A DNA stretch of 64,000 nt from IMG/VR virus record IMGVR_UViG_3300031951_000034, positions 32,001 to 96,000 of that record. The stretch is one strand, 5' to 3'. The stretch comes from a virus. This document shows positions 1-10,275 of this stretch, piece by piece. The notes beneath the pieces were generated by a model that searched no databases, was not told where the DNA came from, and worked only from the letters and a program-made list of their open reading frames with translations. Each line of letters begins with the position of its first letter. The first letter of the stretch is position 1. Position numbers and translations under genes: made by a program.

Positions 1-2
1 TA

Positions 3-464
3 ACTGTTTTCGCGGAAATGATCCCCTCTATACAAAGAATACAACAATTTGTTAATCAGCCTGGAGCTCAGTCAGCTTTAATTGATACGCTTGTCAGAGC
101 GTGTATACCATGTTTTATAAGTACATCAGAAATAACTGTAAGAACTAAGCTTAATTCGACTACACCAGAAAAAATACAGAACAATATAATAGACTATATA
201 AACTCAGTAAACCCCAGAAAAGAAGAGATCAGAATAGATAAAATTATTTCATCTATAATGCAAGACAGTAATGTTTTATCCGTTAATACACCGATAATGA
301 TAAATGCTGAAATACTTGCACCAGACATAAATTTCACTACGATAAAGTTGTACTCTGAGTCTACGTTGGTTATACCAAAAAACATTCAATTAGGGTACTC
401 AAGGGACAATATAGGATTCTTTGCTCGTAAATCTGGAATTCCTGTAACATTAATAGAAATATAA
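3..464 (+). CDS. 5'-truncated structural protein, possibly the C-terminus of a baseplate wedge (J-like) protein
   Basis: The frame is open from the window edge (ACT GTT TTC GCG GAA ATG...), so the gene starts upstream. It heads the tail/baseplate gene run. The baseplate assignment is a weak impression only. Confidence 0.35.
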   Translation, partial: TVFAEMIPSIQRIQQFVNQPGAQSALIDTLVRACIPCFISTSEITVRTKLNSTTPEKIQNNIIDYINSVNPRKEEIRIDKIISSIMQDSNVLSVNTPIMINAEILAPDINFTTIKLYSESTLVIPKNIQLGYSRDNIGFFARKSGIPVTLIEI

Positions 465-467
465 AAC

Positions 468-2252
468 TTGAAAGACGATTTAACATATAACAAGAATTTT
501 TCAGACTTTCTTGGGTCTTTTTGGTCATCTATATTTGATGCTGGTGACTTTTCTCAGGCACTTGGTGGTGCATATTCTGAGACGTTAATACAAAATTATT
601 TAGATTTAGTAGATGTAATAAATTCGTGTTCAGTTGGTACCGTTCCTATATTCTCTAGGCAAAATGTATTTCCTGTAGTCATATCTAAAAATAATTTTTA
701 CAAAAACATAGACAATCCAGAATATGGAGATGGCTCTTATTATGGTGTTCAACCAAATGAATCAAAGTATTCATCTGGTGATATTATCAGGTATGGTACT
801 GCATCATCATTAAATAAAAAATTTTACATAGAGCTAAAAAACAAGGATATTGTAAGCTTAGGAGCTGTTGCAATTAATAGATTGTTTGAGCCATCAGTTA
901 CATACCTAAATGGGGTTGATTTTTCTCTTTATCGCGGAGGTATACTATTCAAAGAAGACCCATTTCTAAACCCATTAATTCCAAAAAGAAAAATAATAGA
1001 TAAAGACCTAGTAGAGATAGACGAAGAGCTAATACTATGGATATGTGACGTAGATATTGACAAATTTTTAATATACAAACAATTTGGGTATACGTTCACT
1101 AATTTAAGGACATCGTCTGAACAATACAAAGACATAACCATAAAATTGTTTGAACTAGTATCTAAAGGACCAAGTGTATTTGCGCTTAGGTCGTATTTAT
1201 CTGTTATATCCGGAAGCCCATTGATTAGAGAGCCACTAGAAACAATACAAGATATACACAAAAATCCAGACGATGATACAACACTTGTTATAACCGACTT
1301 TAATGTATACAAACTGCAGGATAAACAGATAATATCAAATGACATAAAGATTGGAATTAGCGTAAAATCTGGGACACCGCTAGTTGATGTAGTTAATATA
1401 GTTAACACTAAAGACAAAAATTGGTGGGCAAATTTTGCGTCACTTCCGCTGCCTAAAAAATCATCAACTAATGTTGATACATATATATCATTTCCTAATA
1501 AATATATAAAAATCAAATACGGTAAAAAAATATCCCCCAATAACACATTATCCACTTCAGTTTTTTTTGACCTAATTGGTGAAACTAAAACTATAGAAAA
1601 TTTTTGGAAACGCGTATTTGAAAAGGCTAAGCAAAGTCAAATTTATTATGGGTACGAAATATTTAAAAAATATGCAAATTATCAAGATGCACAATTAGAT
1701 TTTGAAAATAATTTAGAGTTTTCTGTTAATCCTGCTCAAATTTTTTCTGAAGATTTTTTTTACGGAAATGTCTTACCGATAAAAATTGATTTAAGTAAAA
1801 TAAATGACATAGAAGTGTTCTTTTCTACTATAAACCCGATAAAAGATAACACGCCGGTTAATGTTATATTGATGTTCTTTTTAGAGTTAAGTGGAATAGA
1901 AAAATACGAAATGCTTTTAGATAATAGGCAAAGTTATGCTACTTCTGTCAATTTAAGTGATTTATTAAATTTAAACACTAGTTCATTTCCAGATAAAACT
2001 AATCAGGGGTATAATACCCCAGAACTAGATAAATGGAATAATTTTGTTGATACTCCAGAAGTTATAGAGGCAATATCTATTGAAGTAAATGTCAGTAAAA
2101 ACAAAAAATCTGGAAGATTTTACAAAAACAATTTTGATGACAATAACTTATCTAGTAATGGTTTTTTACTTGAAAAATTCGATCTTTCATCTACAACTAA
2201 TTTAGTGCAAAATATAGAGCTTAAACAAATACCAAAATGCGCAATACTATAA
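468..2252 (+). CDS. putative baseplate/tail structural protein (594 aa)
   Basis: Long ORF tightly packed between structural genes. No catalytic motif recognised. Confidence 0.4.
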   Translation: MKDDLTYNKNFSDFLGSFWSSIFDAGDFSQALGGAYSETLIQNYLDLVDVINSCSVGTVPIFSRQNVFPVVISKNNFYKNIDNPEYGDGSYYGVQPNESKYSSGDIIRYGTASSLNKKFYIELKNKDIVSLGAVAINRLFEPSVTYLNGVDFSLYRGGILFKEDPFLNPLIPKRKIIDKDLVEIDEELILWICDVDIDKFLIYKQFGYTFTNLRTSSEQYKDITIKLFELVSKGPSVFALRSYLSVISGSPLIREPLETIQDIHKNPDDDTTLVITDFNVYKLQDKQIISNDIKIGISVKSGTPLVDVVNIVNTKDKNWWANFASLPLPKKSSTNVDTYISFPNKYIKIKYGKKISPNNTLSTSVFFDLIGETKTIENFWKRVFEKAKQSQIYYGYEIFKKYANYQDAQLDFENNLEFSVNPAQIFSEDFFYGNVLPIKIDLSKINDIEVFFSTINPIKDNTPVNVILMFFLELSGIEKYEMLLDNRQSYATSVNLSDLLNLNTSSFPDKTNQGYNTPELDKWNNFVDTPEVIEAISIEVNVSKNKKSGRFYKNNFDDNNLSSNGFLLEKFDLSSTTNLVQNIELKQIPKCAIL

Positions 2253-2872
2253 AAGAAACTTACGAACCATCATGTATTGGTACGGTAACTATGGGTTATA
2301 GGAATTTAAAGACAAATTCATTTACCCCAATCTTCCATAAAAAAAATCTAATAATGTATGGCGCTGCAGATATAATGTCTAGGTTAGTATCTGGCGATAA
2401 CAGATACTCTATATCCCATATGTATTATCATTATATCAATACTTCAGTGGTTCCATCTTTATATGAGGTTAATAGTAGAGCTGATGGTATAAATTTTTTC
2501 TCAACTCTCGGCAACACAACAGAGGATTGGATAAGGATACCTATTTTAACGTCAGCAAAAATAGATACTTACTATGACTTTGCTCCAGGCGAAGAGCAAA
2601 ACAATGTATATAGTGGAAATATGGCTACGTTTGTTGCAACAAGCGCCTCGCATCCAACTCAACAAGGGGAATCTAATGCATCCCCATCAAATTATTTCGC
2701 TTATGCGGGGGACAATGGTCCATCAAAAATAATAGGAGTAGCATTAGCTAGTTCACCAGATCCATTAAACAAATATAAAGATATTGTGTTTAGTCGACTC
2801 GCTTTATCTTCCCCAATAACTGTTCAAGAGAATAGCTACATAGACTGTTTTTGGTCTATTGCATTTAAATAA
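2237..2872 (+). CDS. putative baseplate/tail-collar-like protein (211 aa)
   Basis: N-terminal KKNLIMYGAADIMSRLV and C-terminal FSRLALSSPITV...W resemble tail-fibre-proximal structural proteins. It overlaps the upstream gene. Confidence 0.4.
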   Translation: MRNTIKETYEPSCIGTVTMGYRNLKTNSFTPIFHKKNLIMYGAADIMSRLVSGDNRYSISHMYYHYINTSVVPSLYEVNSRADGINFFSTLGNTTEDWIRIPILTSAKIDTYYDFAPGEEQNNVYSGNMATFVATSASHPTQQGESNASPSNYFAYAGDNGPSKIIGVALASSPDPLNKYKDIVFSRLALSSPITVQENSYIDCFWSIAFK

Positions 2873-2889
2873 AAACATAAACCAAAAAT

Positions 2890-5193
2890 ATGGCTAATAC
2901 ATGGGTTCCACTAATTAAGCCTCCAATAGATGGAGAGCCTATAAATCAAGAGACCGAAGCTAGACCAATAAGAGCTCTTCAACAGAGAACCGATTTCTTG
3001 TTCGAGAGACTGAATGATTTTAGTTCCCAGAACGGGAAACTAGTTATACAGAATGTAAGAGTTTCAAACGATGTAGAAGTCGGGGACTGGGTTTTCTTTA
3101 ATAACGAGAGCCAAAAATATGAAAAGGCTATAGCAGAGGGTGTTTTCGATAACGAAACAAAACAATACAAAGCCTCTGATAGAACGTTTGTAGTTGGATT
3201 ATGTGTACATAAAAATCAGACACTCGGTTCAATATTAATGAGTGGCTGGATTAATGACATTAAAGACTTTCAAATTGCTAATGTGCGTCAAATGCTTGAA
3301 GACACTACAGAGCAATTTAATCCAGGAAGATTTTATTTATCTAGGAAAAAACCAGGTAAAATGACTTCAGTGGGTGGAGCTCCATTAGTACAATTAGGAT
3401 TTTTTACGGAGAAAGATGCTTTTGTTCAGCCACTACAAAAAGATATATTTGAATCACATATACACTATAAATTTACGCTAGAAGCAAAACCATCTGCAAG
3501 CCAAAACATATCCAGAAAGGGTTACGTAGAAAAAAATGGTATAAAGTATGTTGATTATTTTTACTCTTCATCCAGGCCAGAAGGAGATGTTCCTCCATTT
3601 ATAATGTGTTTAAAGGGCAATGGATCATATACATCTATTGCTGAACAATTTAGAATTGATATTGTAAAAACTACTGACAATAAAATTGGATTTAGATTTG
3701 GAAGAGGTTCATTACTTGATTTTGATGATCCATCTAGCGGGTCAATTGAAGTCGTCTCTCAGGTTAGCATACCTGACTACGGAAAATGGATCACAATACC
3801 AAATACTGGTATAGATATTTCTTTCGTCAGGCATGATGGCGTGTATTCGGGTAACACCCTTCAACAAGATTTTACTACTGCAATGTCTACGGACGGTGCT
3901 GATAAATTTTGCATTTATTATCCGTTCGACACAAATGGATGGACAAACGTTAACTCATTTGATGGGAGATATACAGTAGGCACAAAATATAGATACTTAA
4001 GAGAGTTCAATAAAAGGGTAAACGCAGTTTGGCCTCCTACTCCGACAGAATCTGTAACAATAAGCAATAATGGTATAGATTTAATAGAGTCGAAAGATTT
4101 TAAATGTTTTCCACAAGACTTATTCTGGGTCCCTGGAACCTTCAGCAACAACGAACAAAAAACAGATTCTCCATGGCCTCATGACTATATTGCTAGAAGA
4201 ATTGATACCGACCCAGATCCAAATCAATCACTAAGCAAGTACCTACAATTGTTTTTCTCAAAGGCAAACGTAAGTACGGCAAGACCACTAGTGCTTTCAC
4301 TTCAAAGTTTTACTCCAGCAATACAAGTACTTGATTGCTTTACGAAAGAAGAGTCAACTACAGGTAATCTTGCAATTGATCTAAGACTCGACTTAAATAC
4401 TACAGACGGCCCAGATGCGGACAAGTGCTTCTCTAGAATTGATTCAGATACTCAAAAGTTTGTAACATCCCCCCTCGTAAGCAGAGTTATTGCGGGTCAG
4501 GGGATAGAGATCAAGAATTTACAGGGTAACTCAGCTGAAACAGGTAAGGTTATTATATCGAGCACAACAATACAATCATCTGGTGAGGTATCTATAGTTT
4601 CGCTAAAAAACGCAAAAGAATATTTACATAATGGAGTTATGCCCTGTGTAACATTCTTGCCTCCTGGATCCGCTAAATGCCAGATGGTAGCAAAAATAAA
4701 AATACCATATCAGGCCGTGCCAGAGAGCAGTGGAGTAAAATTATTTTTATCTTCAAATGTATTTGGATCCTCCTCTGTATCGCAAACAAATACATATAAT
4801 GCACTATTTAAGGCAAATTACTATGTATTTCCGTCAGGACTTGGTAATGCCCCTAGAGCCTCTTGGAATAACTTTAACCTTAATTACATTGATGACTCAA
4901 GTGATGAAGTATCTTTTGATATAAAATACTGGAAAACTCAACTAACCAATTACTTAGCTTATACGGTAGACAAAAATCAATTCCCTAAACAGGGTTCAAT
5001 AATATCAAACAACGGAAACACTGATTTATTTGTTTTATACGGAAAGATAAACAATATAAATCAACAAAAAATAAGACCAGGTGATGTTGTTTATGTTATG
5101 ATAGAAAGAGTTTCTACGTTTGGAGAAGACGGAGATACTTACCCTGGAGATATAAGCTTTTTAGATATAAACTGGAGAACGGAGGTTATCTAG
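2890..5193 (+). CDS. putative tail fibre/baseplate attachment protein (767 aa)
   Basis: N-terminal RPIRALQQRTDFL motif typical of tail-fibre baseplate-binding ends. Internal SRVIAGQGIEI beta-repeat motif. Confidence 0.5.
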   Translation: MANTWVPLIKPPIDGEPINQETEARPIRALQQRTDFLFERLNDFSSQNGKLVIQNVRVSNDVEVGDWVFFNNESQKYEKAIAEGVFDNETKQYKASDRTFVVGLCVHKNQTLGSILMSGWINDIKDFQIANVRQMLEDTTEQFNPGRFYLSRKKPGKMTSVGGAPLVQLGFFTEKDAFVQPLQKDIFESHIHYKFTLEAKPSASQNISRKGYVEKNGIKYVDYFYSSSRPEGDVPPFIMCLKGNGSYTSIAEQFRIDIVKTTDNKIGFRFGRGSLLDFDDPSSGSIEVVSQVSIPDYGKWITIPNTGIDISFVRHDGVYSGNTLQQDFTTAMSTDGADKFCIYYPFDTNGWTNVNSFDGRYTVGTKYRYLREFNKRVNAVWPPTPTESVTISNNGIDLIESKDFKCFPQDLFWVPGTFSNNEQKTDSPWPHDYIARRIDTDPDPNQSLSKYLQLFFSKANVSTARPLVLSLQSFTPAIQVLDCFTKEESTTGNLAIDLRLDLNTTDGPDADKCFSRIDSDTQKFVTSPLVSRVIAGQGIEIKNLQGNSAETGKVIISSTTIQSSGEVSIVSLKNAKEYLHNGVMPCVTFLPPGSAKCQMVAKIKIPYQAVPESSGVKLFLSSNVFGSSSVSQTNTYNALFKANYYVFPSGLGNAPRASWNNFNLNYIDDSSDEVSFDIKYWKTQLTNYLAYTVDKNQFPKQGSIISNNGNTDLFVLYGKINNINQQKIRPGDVVYVMIERVSTFGEDGDTYPGDISFLDINWRTEVI

Positions 5194-6155
5194 TGGCACA
5201 AAGTATAATTTTCCCTGAGTGGCTAAACTCCAACTCTGTTAGAAATTACCCAATAGCAGAAAACTGCTCTAGAATTGACAAGAGCGGGTCGTATACAATA
5301 TCGAACGATCTAATTGTCTCTGCACAGGTCAATCATTCAAGAGCGTACGCAGATGGAGTATTTTTTATATCTGGTCTATTTGTATCTGTCCCAGTTATTA
5401 AGATATCTATATCGTATCAACCTGAAGATACTTTAATTTCTCCGACATATATATCAACAATAGAAATAGATACTAAAAATTTTTCTAAATTTAGTTACCA
5501 TTCTTTTATTGGTCAGAATGAAAACTCATCAGTGCTTGGAGCAATTGCGGTAGGTGATATAGCAGAGACGATAAACAGGGGTCTAGGTAATTTCGATTTT
5601 GATAGCTCCTCAACTAAGCTAGAAATAAATTGTAGATTTGTTTCTATGCCGTCTATGCAATACATAGATATATATGATTCAAATAATGTATTAATTCATA
5701 GAGCCACTGATGTTTTAAAGATAAAAGCTGGACAAAACGTAAGAATAACGTACGACCCATTAATAAATATAGATACTGGCGAGACCGACCAATATGGTTG
5801 CGTAAAGATAGATGCAATAGTAGATGAGAACGTCATAAAAGAACCAGACGGGTGTGAAACAGCTAAAGCCTTTTACAGTCCATGTATAAAAACTATTAAT
5901 GGTGTTAGGCCAGACTCAAATGGAAACTTTTGGATAGAGGAGTCGGAATGCATAGGGATTGATGAGTACAAAGATGCCAACTCTATAAAAGTTAACGATT
6001 TATGTTCAAGTTCTTGCTGTGGCTGTGTTGATCTAGAATTTTTGACTGCAGGATTAGAACAGTTAAAACAACAGGAAGAAAGACTTAGGGAACTTGTTTT
6101 AACAACTCAAGGAACTCAAAGTGAGTTACTTGCAAACTTAATTGCAAATCTGTGA
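5193..6155 (+). CDS. tail-associated paralog 1 (320 aa)
   Basis: EWLNSNSVRNYP N-terminal motif, IKTINGVRPDSNGNF motif and a CCGC followed by coiled coil. GTG start. Confidence 0.55.
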   Translation: MAQSIIFPEWLNSNSVRNYPIAENCSRIDKSGSYTISNDLIVSAQVNHSRAYADGVFFISGLFVSVPVIKISISYQPEDTLISPTYISTIEIDTKNFSKFSYHSFIGQNENSSVLGAIAVGDIAETINRGLGNFDFDSSSTKLEINCRFVSMPSMQYIDIYDSNNVLIHRATDVLKIKAGQNVRITYDPLINIDTGETDQYGCVKIDAIVDENVIKEPDGCETAKAFYSPCIKTINGVRPDSNGNFWIEESECIGIDEYKDANSIKVNDLCSSSCCGCVDLEFLTAGLEQLKQQEERLRELVLTTQGTQSELLANLIANL

Positions 6156-7783
6156 AAAATATACAAGAATGGCAGCAAGAAAATTCAATAAGGGCGTTTC
6201 CATTCAGTGAAAAAACAATTTCAGCTAATGGAATTCCAAAGGATTTTATCGTAGATCTTAAATTTTTTCCAGACTACTATTCAAACAATTCTATATATTT
6301 ATCTAGCGTTATATATAGCTCGCAAAATGATTCATACGTTCTTGAATTTAAATATTCACAAACAGAAGAAATAGCAATTATTTCTGGATCAATTTCTCGA
6401 AGAAGAAGCGTACAGAAAAATGGAATAACTACTAGCGTAAACAGAAAAGGAGATCAAATAACATTAAAATATAGTAATCCTGTATTTTCTCAGATAACTG
6501 GATATGCTACAAAATATGCGGTATGCATGTTTACTATTGGTTCTTCCTGGGATAACGCTTTGCAGAATTTATCCAACCTTGATAAAGAATCATCGTTGCT
6601 TGATTCATCGGTAATAAATCCAGGAAGCAAGGGTTTTAGGAGAGTTTTCATACAAAAACTTCCAGACTATATAACAAGCAGTAATCCTAATTTTTATGTA
6701 GCCCCCTCTATTCCAGAAGAAAATGAATGGGGCAGGGAGATTATACAAAAAATAAAAGCTGGGCCTAACGTAGTTTTCTCCAAAGATTTAGTAGACCCCA
6801 ATCTAATAATTGTTTCTGCTACTCCAGTAGCAACCACTAGTAATGATTCTACGCTAAACACGGACATTAAGTTTATTAATAATGTTGGCCCAGATGATAC
6901 AGGTAGATTTAGGTTGAATACTGTAGGATGCTTAACAAAAATAGAGAGACCAGAAACACGATTTTCTGATGACTCACCAGACGAACAACAAGATATAAAG
7001 TTATTGAATTCTGTACAGCTTCTCAGTGATTGTTTACCGTGTTGCGGGTGCGAAAAATACAGAGCATATACAGCAGCAATAGAGAGAAGGTCTAGAAAAT
7101 TAAAAGAAGTGTGCGATCTACTTGTGCAAATGGTTACATCAAACACCGAGCTGTACAATGACGCTGTAAATAAAATAAATAAAGAAAGACGGCCAATTTG
7201 TAGGGTGAGAAACCTGAGAGTATTTGAAGATCAATTTAGAATTAGTGTGCAGAACACCTGCTCAGTTCCAATTTATGTGGACTTTAGGTTGAGTGTTGTT
7301 GGAGGATTTGGCATAGAACCACAAAGTTTTTCTATACTAGAATTTGACCCTAGCCTGGAGTCAGACAAGCCACCCTTGATATATTCTTCAATCGAGGAGC
7401 TTCCTGCTTTGACTACTACGCCAAAAGACTATTACAATAATTCACCTGATTTACCTAGCGGATTTTTCGGAGGTTTTGTTATTGGATCAAACTCTGAATA
7501 TGGAGATATCAAACCAATAATGCCAGGTAGCTATACAGATATAACTTTTGTTGCTAATTTTCCTGTATTTGATTTAAAAGACAATAACCTTACAATAAAA
7601 TGTGAATCTAACGGCATATATGGTGGGACAGTTAACGACGATCAAGTATGGACAGGAACTTATGGATGCAAGAAAGATGTCTGGATAGCTAGATATGAAT
7701 ATGGTCCAGTTTTGCAGTCAAAAAGTTGCGGCGGAGAATTGATAAGTAGACAAACCTATAGAGTTATACAATTAGATCAATAA
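6152..7783 (+). CDS. tail-associated paralog 2 (543 aa)
   Basis: EWQQENSIRAFP, IKFINNVGPDDTGRF, and CCGC followed by coiled coil. Confidence 0.55.
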   Translation: MKNIQEWQQENSIRAFPFSEKTISANGIPKDFIVDLKFFPDYYSNNSIYLSSVIYSSQNDSYVLEFKYSQTEEIAIISGSISRRRSVQKNGITTSVNRKGDQITLKYSNPVFSQITGYATKYAVCMFTIGSSWDNALQNLSNLDKESSLLDSSVINPGSKGFRRVFIQKLPDYITSSNPNFYVAPSIPEENEWGREIIQKIKAGPNVVFSKDLVDPNLIIVSATPVATTSNDSTLNTDIKFINNVGPDDTGRFRLNTVGCLTKIERPETRFSDDSPDEQQDIKLLNSVQLLSDCLPCCGCEKYRAYTAAIERRSRKLKEVCDLLVQMVTSNTELYNDAVNKINKERRPICRVRNLRVFEDQFRISVQNTCSVPIYVDFRLSVVGGFGIEPQSFSILEFDPSLESDKPPLIYSSIEELPALTTTPKDYYNNSPDLPSGFFGGFVIGSNSEYGDIKPIMPGSYTDITFVANFPVFDLKDNNLTIKCESNGIYGGTVNDDQVWTGTYGCKKDVWIARYEYGPVLQSKSCGGELISRQTYRVIQLDQ

Positions 7784-7787
7784 TTAT

Positions 7788-8711
7788 ATGATAGGAGATA
7801 TTGAAGATTGGTATAATTTAAACTCATTAAGGTCTTATCCATTTGAGTATAAAAAATATGAATTATCAGACAAGAATTTTACATTCTCTGATTTATTGAT
7901 TGTTGATTGTATGGCAATTGTTCATGTGAATGATGCTAAAATATCTTTGTCTTCAATACATTTTTCTGGAAATATTTTTACAGCAACTTTTTATGACTCA
8001 ATCCTTGATCAAGATATTTTTATGGCTCAAGGAAGTCTTTTAAATAAATTTGTGTCATCTCCAATTATTCCGTTGTCTGATGTGGGGGTATCTGGGAATG
8101 TGGCTTTTGGTGATTTAACAAAATTCTATCACATGAGATTAAGCGGATTGCATAAATTTACAAATACAAATATACCTTTAATAAACTACTGTTATATATG
8201 TGCTGGAGAGCCCGCAATAAAATCAATTGAGTACAACATGGGAAAAGTAGTTGGAGACATAGACTTGTCTACGATTGGTTTACTTAACACCATGGTAGAT
8301 TCCAATAATAATACAATTAGGCAAATAAATCAAAACGGAGTTACCCAAAAAGTAGTAATAGATCAATCAAATGTTTTATTTTATTTATCCGACCCATCAG
8401 TCATAGAGGATATATGTCAACCTCCAAGGACTGTATGTGATTGTCCACATACACCAATTAAAAAAATTAATAATGTATCACCTAATCCTCAAAACGGTAA
8501 TATAAATATTGAGGTTGGTGATTTTAAATTAAATGAACAAAACGGAAAATTTGAATTAGAGGTTGGAAGCAGTTCCAGTGGATTAGAGATAGAAAATACT
8601 GCTGATGGTATAATTTTATCTTTGCAGAAAAATAGCGAAGAAATATGTGAAGACACTAAAATTATACCATTTCCAGATGGAAGACTACCTAGCGAAGAGT
8701 TTATAATATAA
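7788..8711 (+). CDS. tail-associated paralog 3 (307 aa)
   Basis: DWYNLNSLRSYP and IKKINNVSPNPQNGNI. Confidence 0.55.
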   Translation: MIGDIEDWYNLNSLRSYPFEYKKYELSDKNFTFSDLLIVDCMAIVHVNDAKISLSSIHFSGNIFTATFYDSILDQDIFMAQGSLLNKFVSSPIIPLSDVGVSGNVAFGDLTKFYHMRLSGLHKFTNTNIPLINYCYICAGEPAIKSIEYNMGKVVGDIDLSTIGLLNTMVDSNNNTIRQINQNGVTQKVVIDQSNVLFYLSDPSVIEDICQPPRTVCDCPHTPIKKINNVSPNPQNGNINIEVGDFKLNEQNGKFELEVGSSSSGLEIENTADGIILSLQKNSEEICEDTKIIPFPDGRLPSEEFII

Positions 8712-8713
8712 AA

Positions 8714-9433
8714 ATGGAAGCATTAACATACAAAGAGTGGAGAAATCAAAACTCCGAATCTACTTTTCCGTTTACTTACAATAATTCGGAAATAGATAAT
8801 ACTATTTTTATTGATGCTTCCTTAGTAGTCTATGAAGACACTGATATATGGTTATCTAGTCTGTCTTTGAAGGTTGATTCATTCTATGGAGAATTAAAGT
8901 CCGGTAGCTCTAGAAAATACACTTTTTCATCAAACGATCAAATTACCCCATACAAATTAATACCAATAATGGATAGTAGGGGTATTTCGGTAGGTAGTAT
9001 AATTACTGGTACATATTTTTTGAATTTATCTAACAATAGAAAATCTTTTTCTAAGAATTTTGACAGCAGACAAATTCTATTAAATCCTACTTGTTTATTT
9101 ACGTACCCATCAAAGCAGGTTTCTTCAATAAAAATTGGGCCTCAAAGAATAAATGGTTTTATAAACTTTCATGAAGGACCAGGGGTCGAGATGAATGGAA
9201 ATAGCAATATAATTGTTTTTGACTCTATAGGCAAAAATAGTTCTAATGCAATTGATGAATGCTGTGATCCAAATCAAATTATATTAAAAAAAATAAATGG
9301 TATATCTCCAGAGGAGCTAGATTTATATATAAAGCCAAGAGACGTTGGGCAGCCGTCTAACACACTAGACGAAAGACAGGTTATAAGAATAAATCAGTCA
9401 GAGGGTGGGATAAAAATAGAATTAACCAAATGA
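8714..9433 (+). CDS. tail-associated paralog 4 (239 aa)
   Basis: EWRNQNSESTFP and LKKINGISP. Confidence 0.55.
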   Translation: MEALTYKEWRNQNSESTFPFTYNNSEIDNTIFIDASLVVYEDTDIWLSSLSLKVDSFYGELKSGSSRKYTFSSNDQITPYKLIPIMDSRGISVGSIITGTYFLNLSNNRKSFSKNFDSRQILLNPTCLFTYPSKQVSSIKIGPQRINGFINFHEGPGVEMNGNSNIIVFDSIGKNSSNAIDECCDPNQIILKKINGISPEELDLYIKPRDVGQPSNTLDERQVIRINQSEGGIKIELTK

Positions 9434-10275
9434 ATAGCTCTTATCCATCTTTTTTCTCTGAAAACTCTAATAGATCTTTTCCTTTCGTAGAGAACACGGT
9501 TTCTAGTAAGGTTAAAAACTCGTGTTTCATAGATTTTAAATGCTGGACAAGGTTTAAGACACATGAGTCCCCCAGCCTATACTTGGTCGCAAACTATTCA
9601 GCAGATTTACCAAATGAGTATAAGCAATTTTTGTTAGATGGATTTTGCACATTATTTTTTTTAGTACACAAGGTACCAGAAAATGAGCATGTATTTAATG
9701 GGATGATATGTGTATATATTCCATTAGACAATTCTCAATGGCCGTATTTAGGTGTATCCAGTGTGTGGAATTCTAGTGGAATTAAAATGTTTGAATTAAG
9801 GACTTTGGTAAATTCTTCTGTATTGGATATTGCATCAAATCCTGATAATTATTTATTTCCATCAAATTTATTTAGCAACCAAGGTGATATAGGGTTAAAA
9901 ATAGAACCAACTCAAGTAATCTACTCAGGTAATATAGTTATCGATGAATTAAATATTGTAGACCAGGATGGATATCACAAAAAAAATATAAATGGTGATG
10001 TGAAGGTTTCTCCTGGATATAATTCCTATATTTATCAAGCTGATAAAAAGTTTACAATTAATTCATCCGCAAATATAGGATCAGGCAAAAGATATAATGA
10101 CGAAAAAAACGATATCTGTAATGGAGTATTTTCAATAAATGGAGTGACACCAGATGAATCTGGAAACTTTAAGATAGAGGGTGACAATGGCGTATTGATA
10201 TTCAATCTTCCGGAAGAATATAAAATAGTGGTAGCTATTGATCCAAAAACAAAAATAGCGAAATGCCAGACGTAA
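9430..10275 (+). CDS. tail-associated paralog 5 (281 aa)
   Basis: [11 protein letters not shown] and [17 protein letters not shown]. Confidence 0.55.
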   Translation: MNSSYPSFFSENSNRSFPFVENTVSSKVKNSCFIDFKCWTRFKTHESPSLYLVANYSADLPNEYKQFLLDGFCTLFFLVHKVPENEHVFNGMICVYIPLDNSQWPYLGVSSVWNSSGIKMFELRTLVNSSVLDIASNPDNYLFPSNLFSNQGDIGLKIEPTQVIYSGNIVIDELNIVDQDGYHKKNINGDVKVSPGYNSYIYQADKKFTINSSANIGSGKRYNDEKNDICNGVFSINGVTPDESGNFKIEGDNGVLIFNLPEEYKIVVAIDPKTKIAKCQT

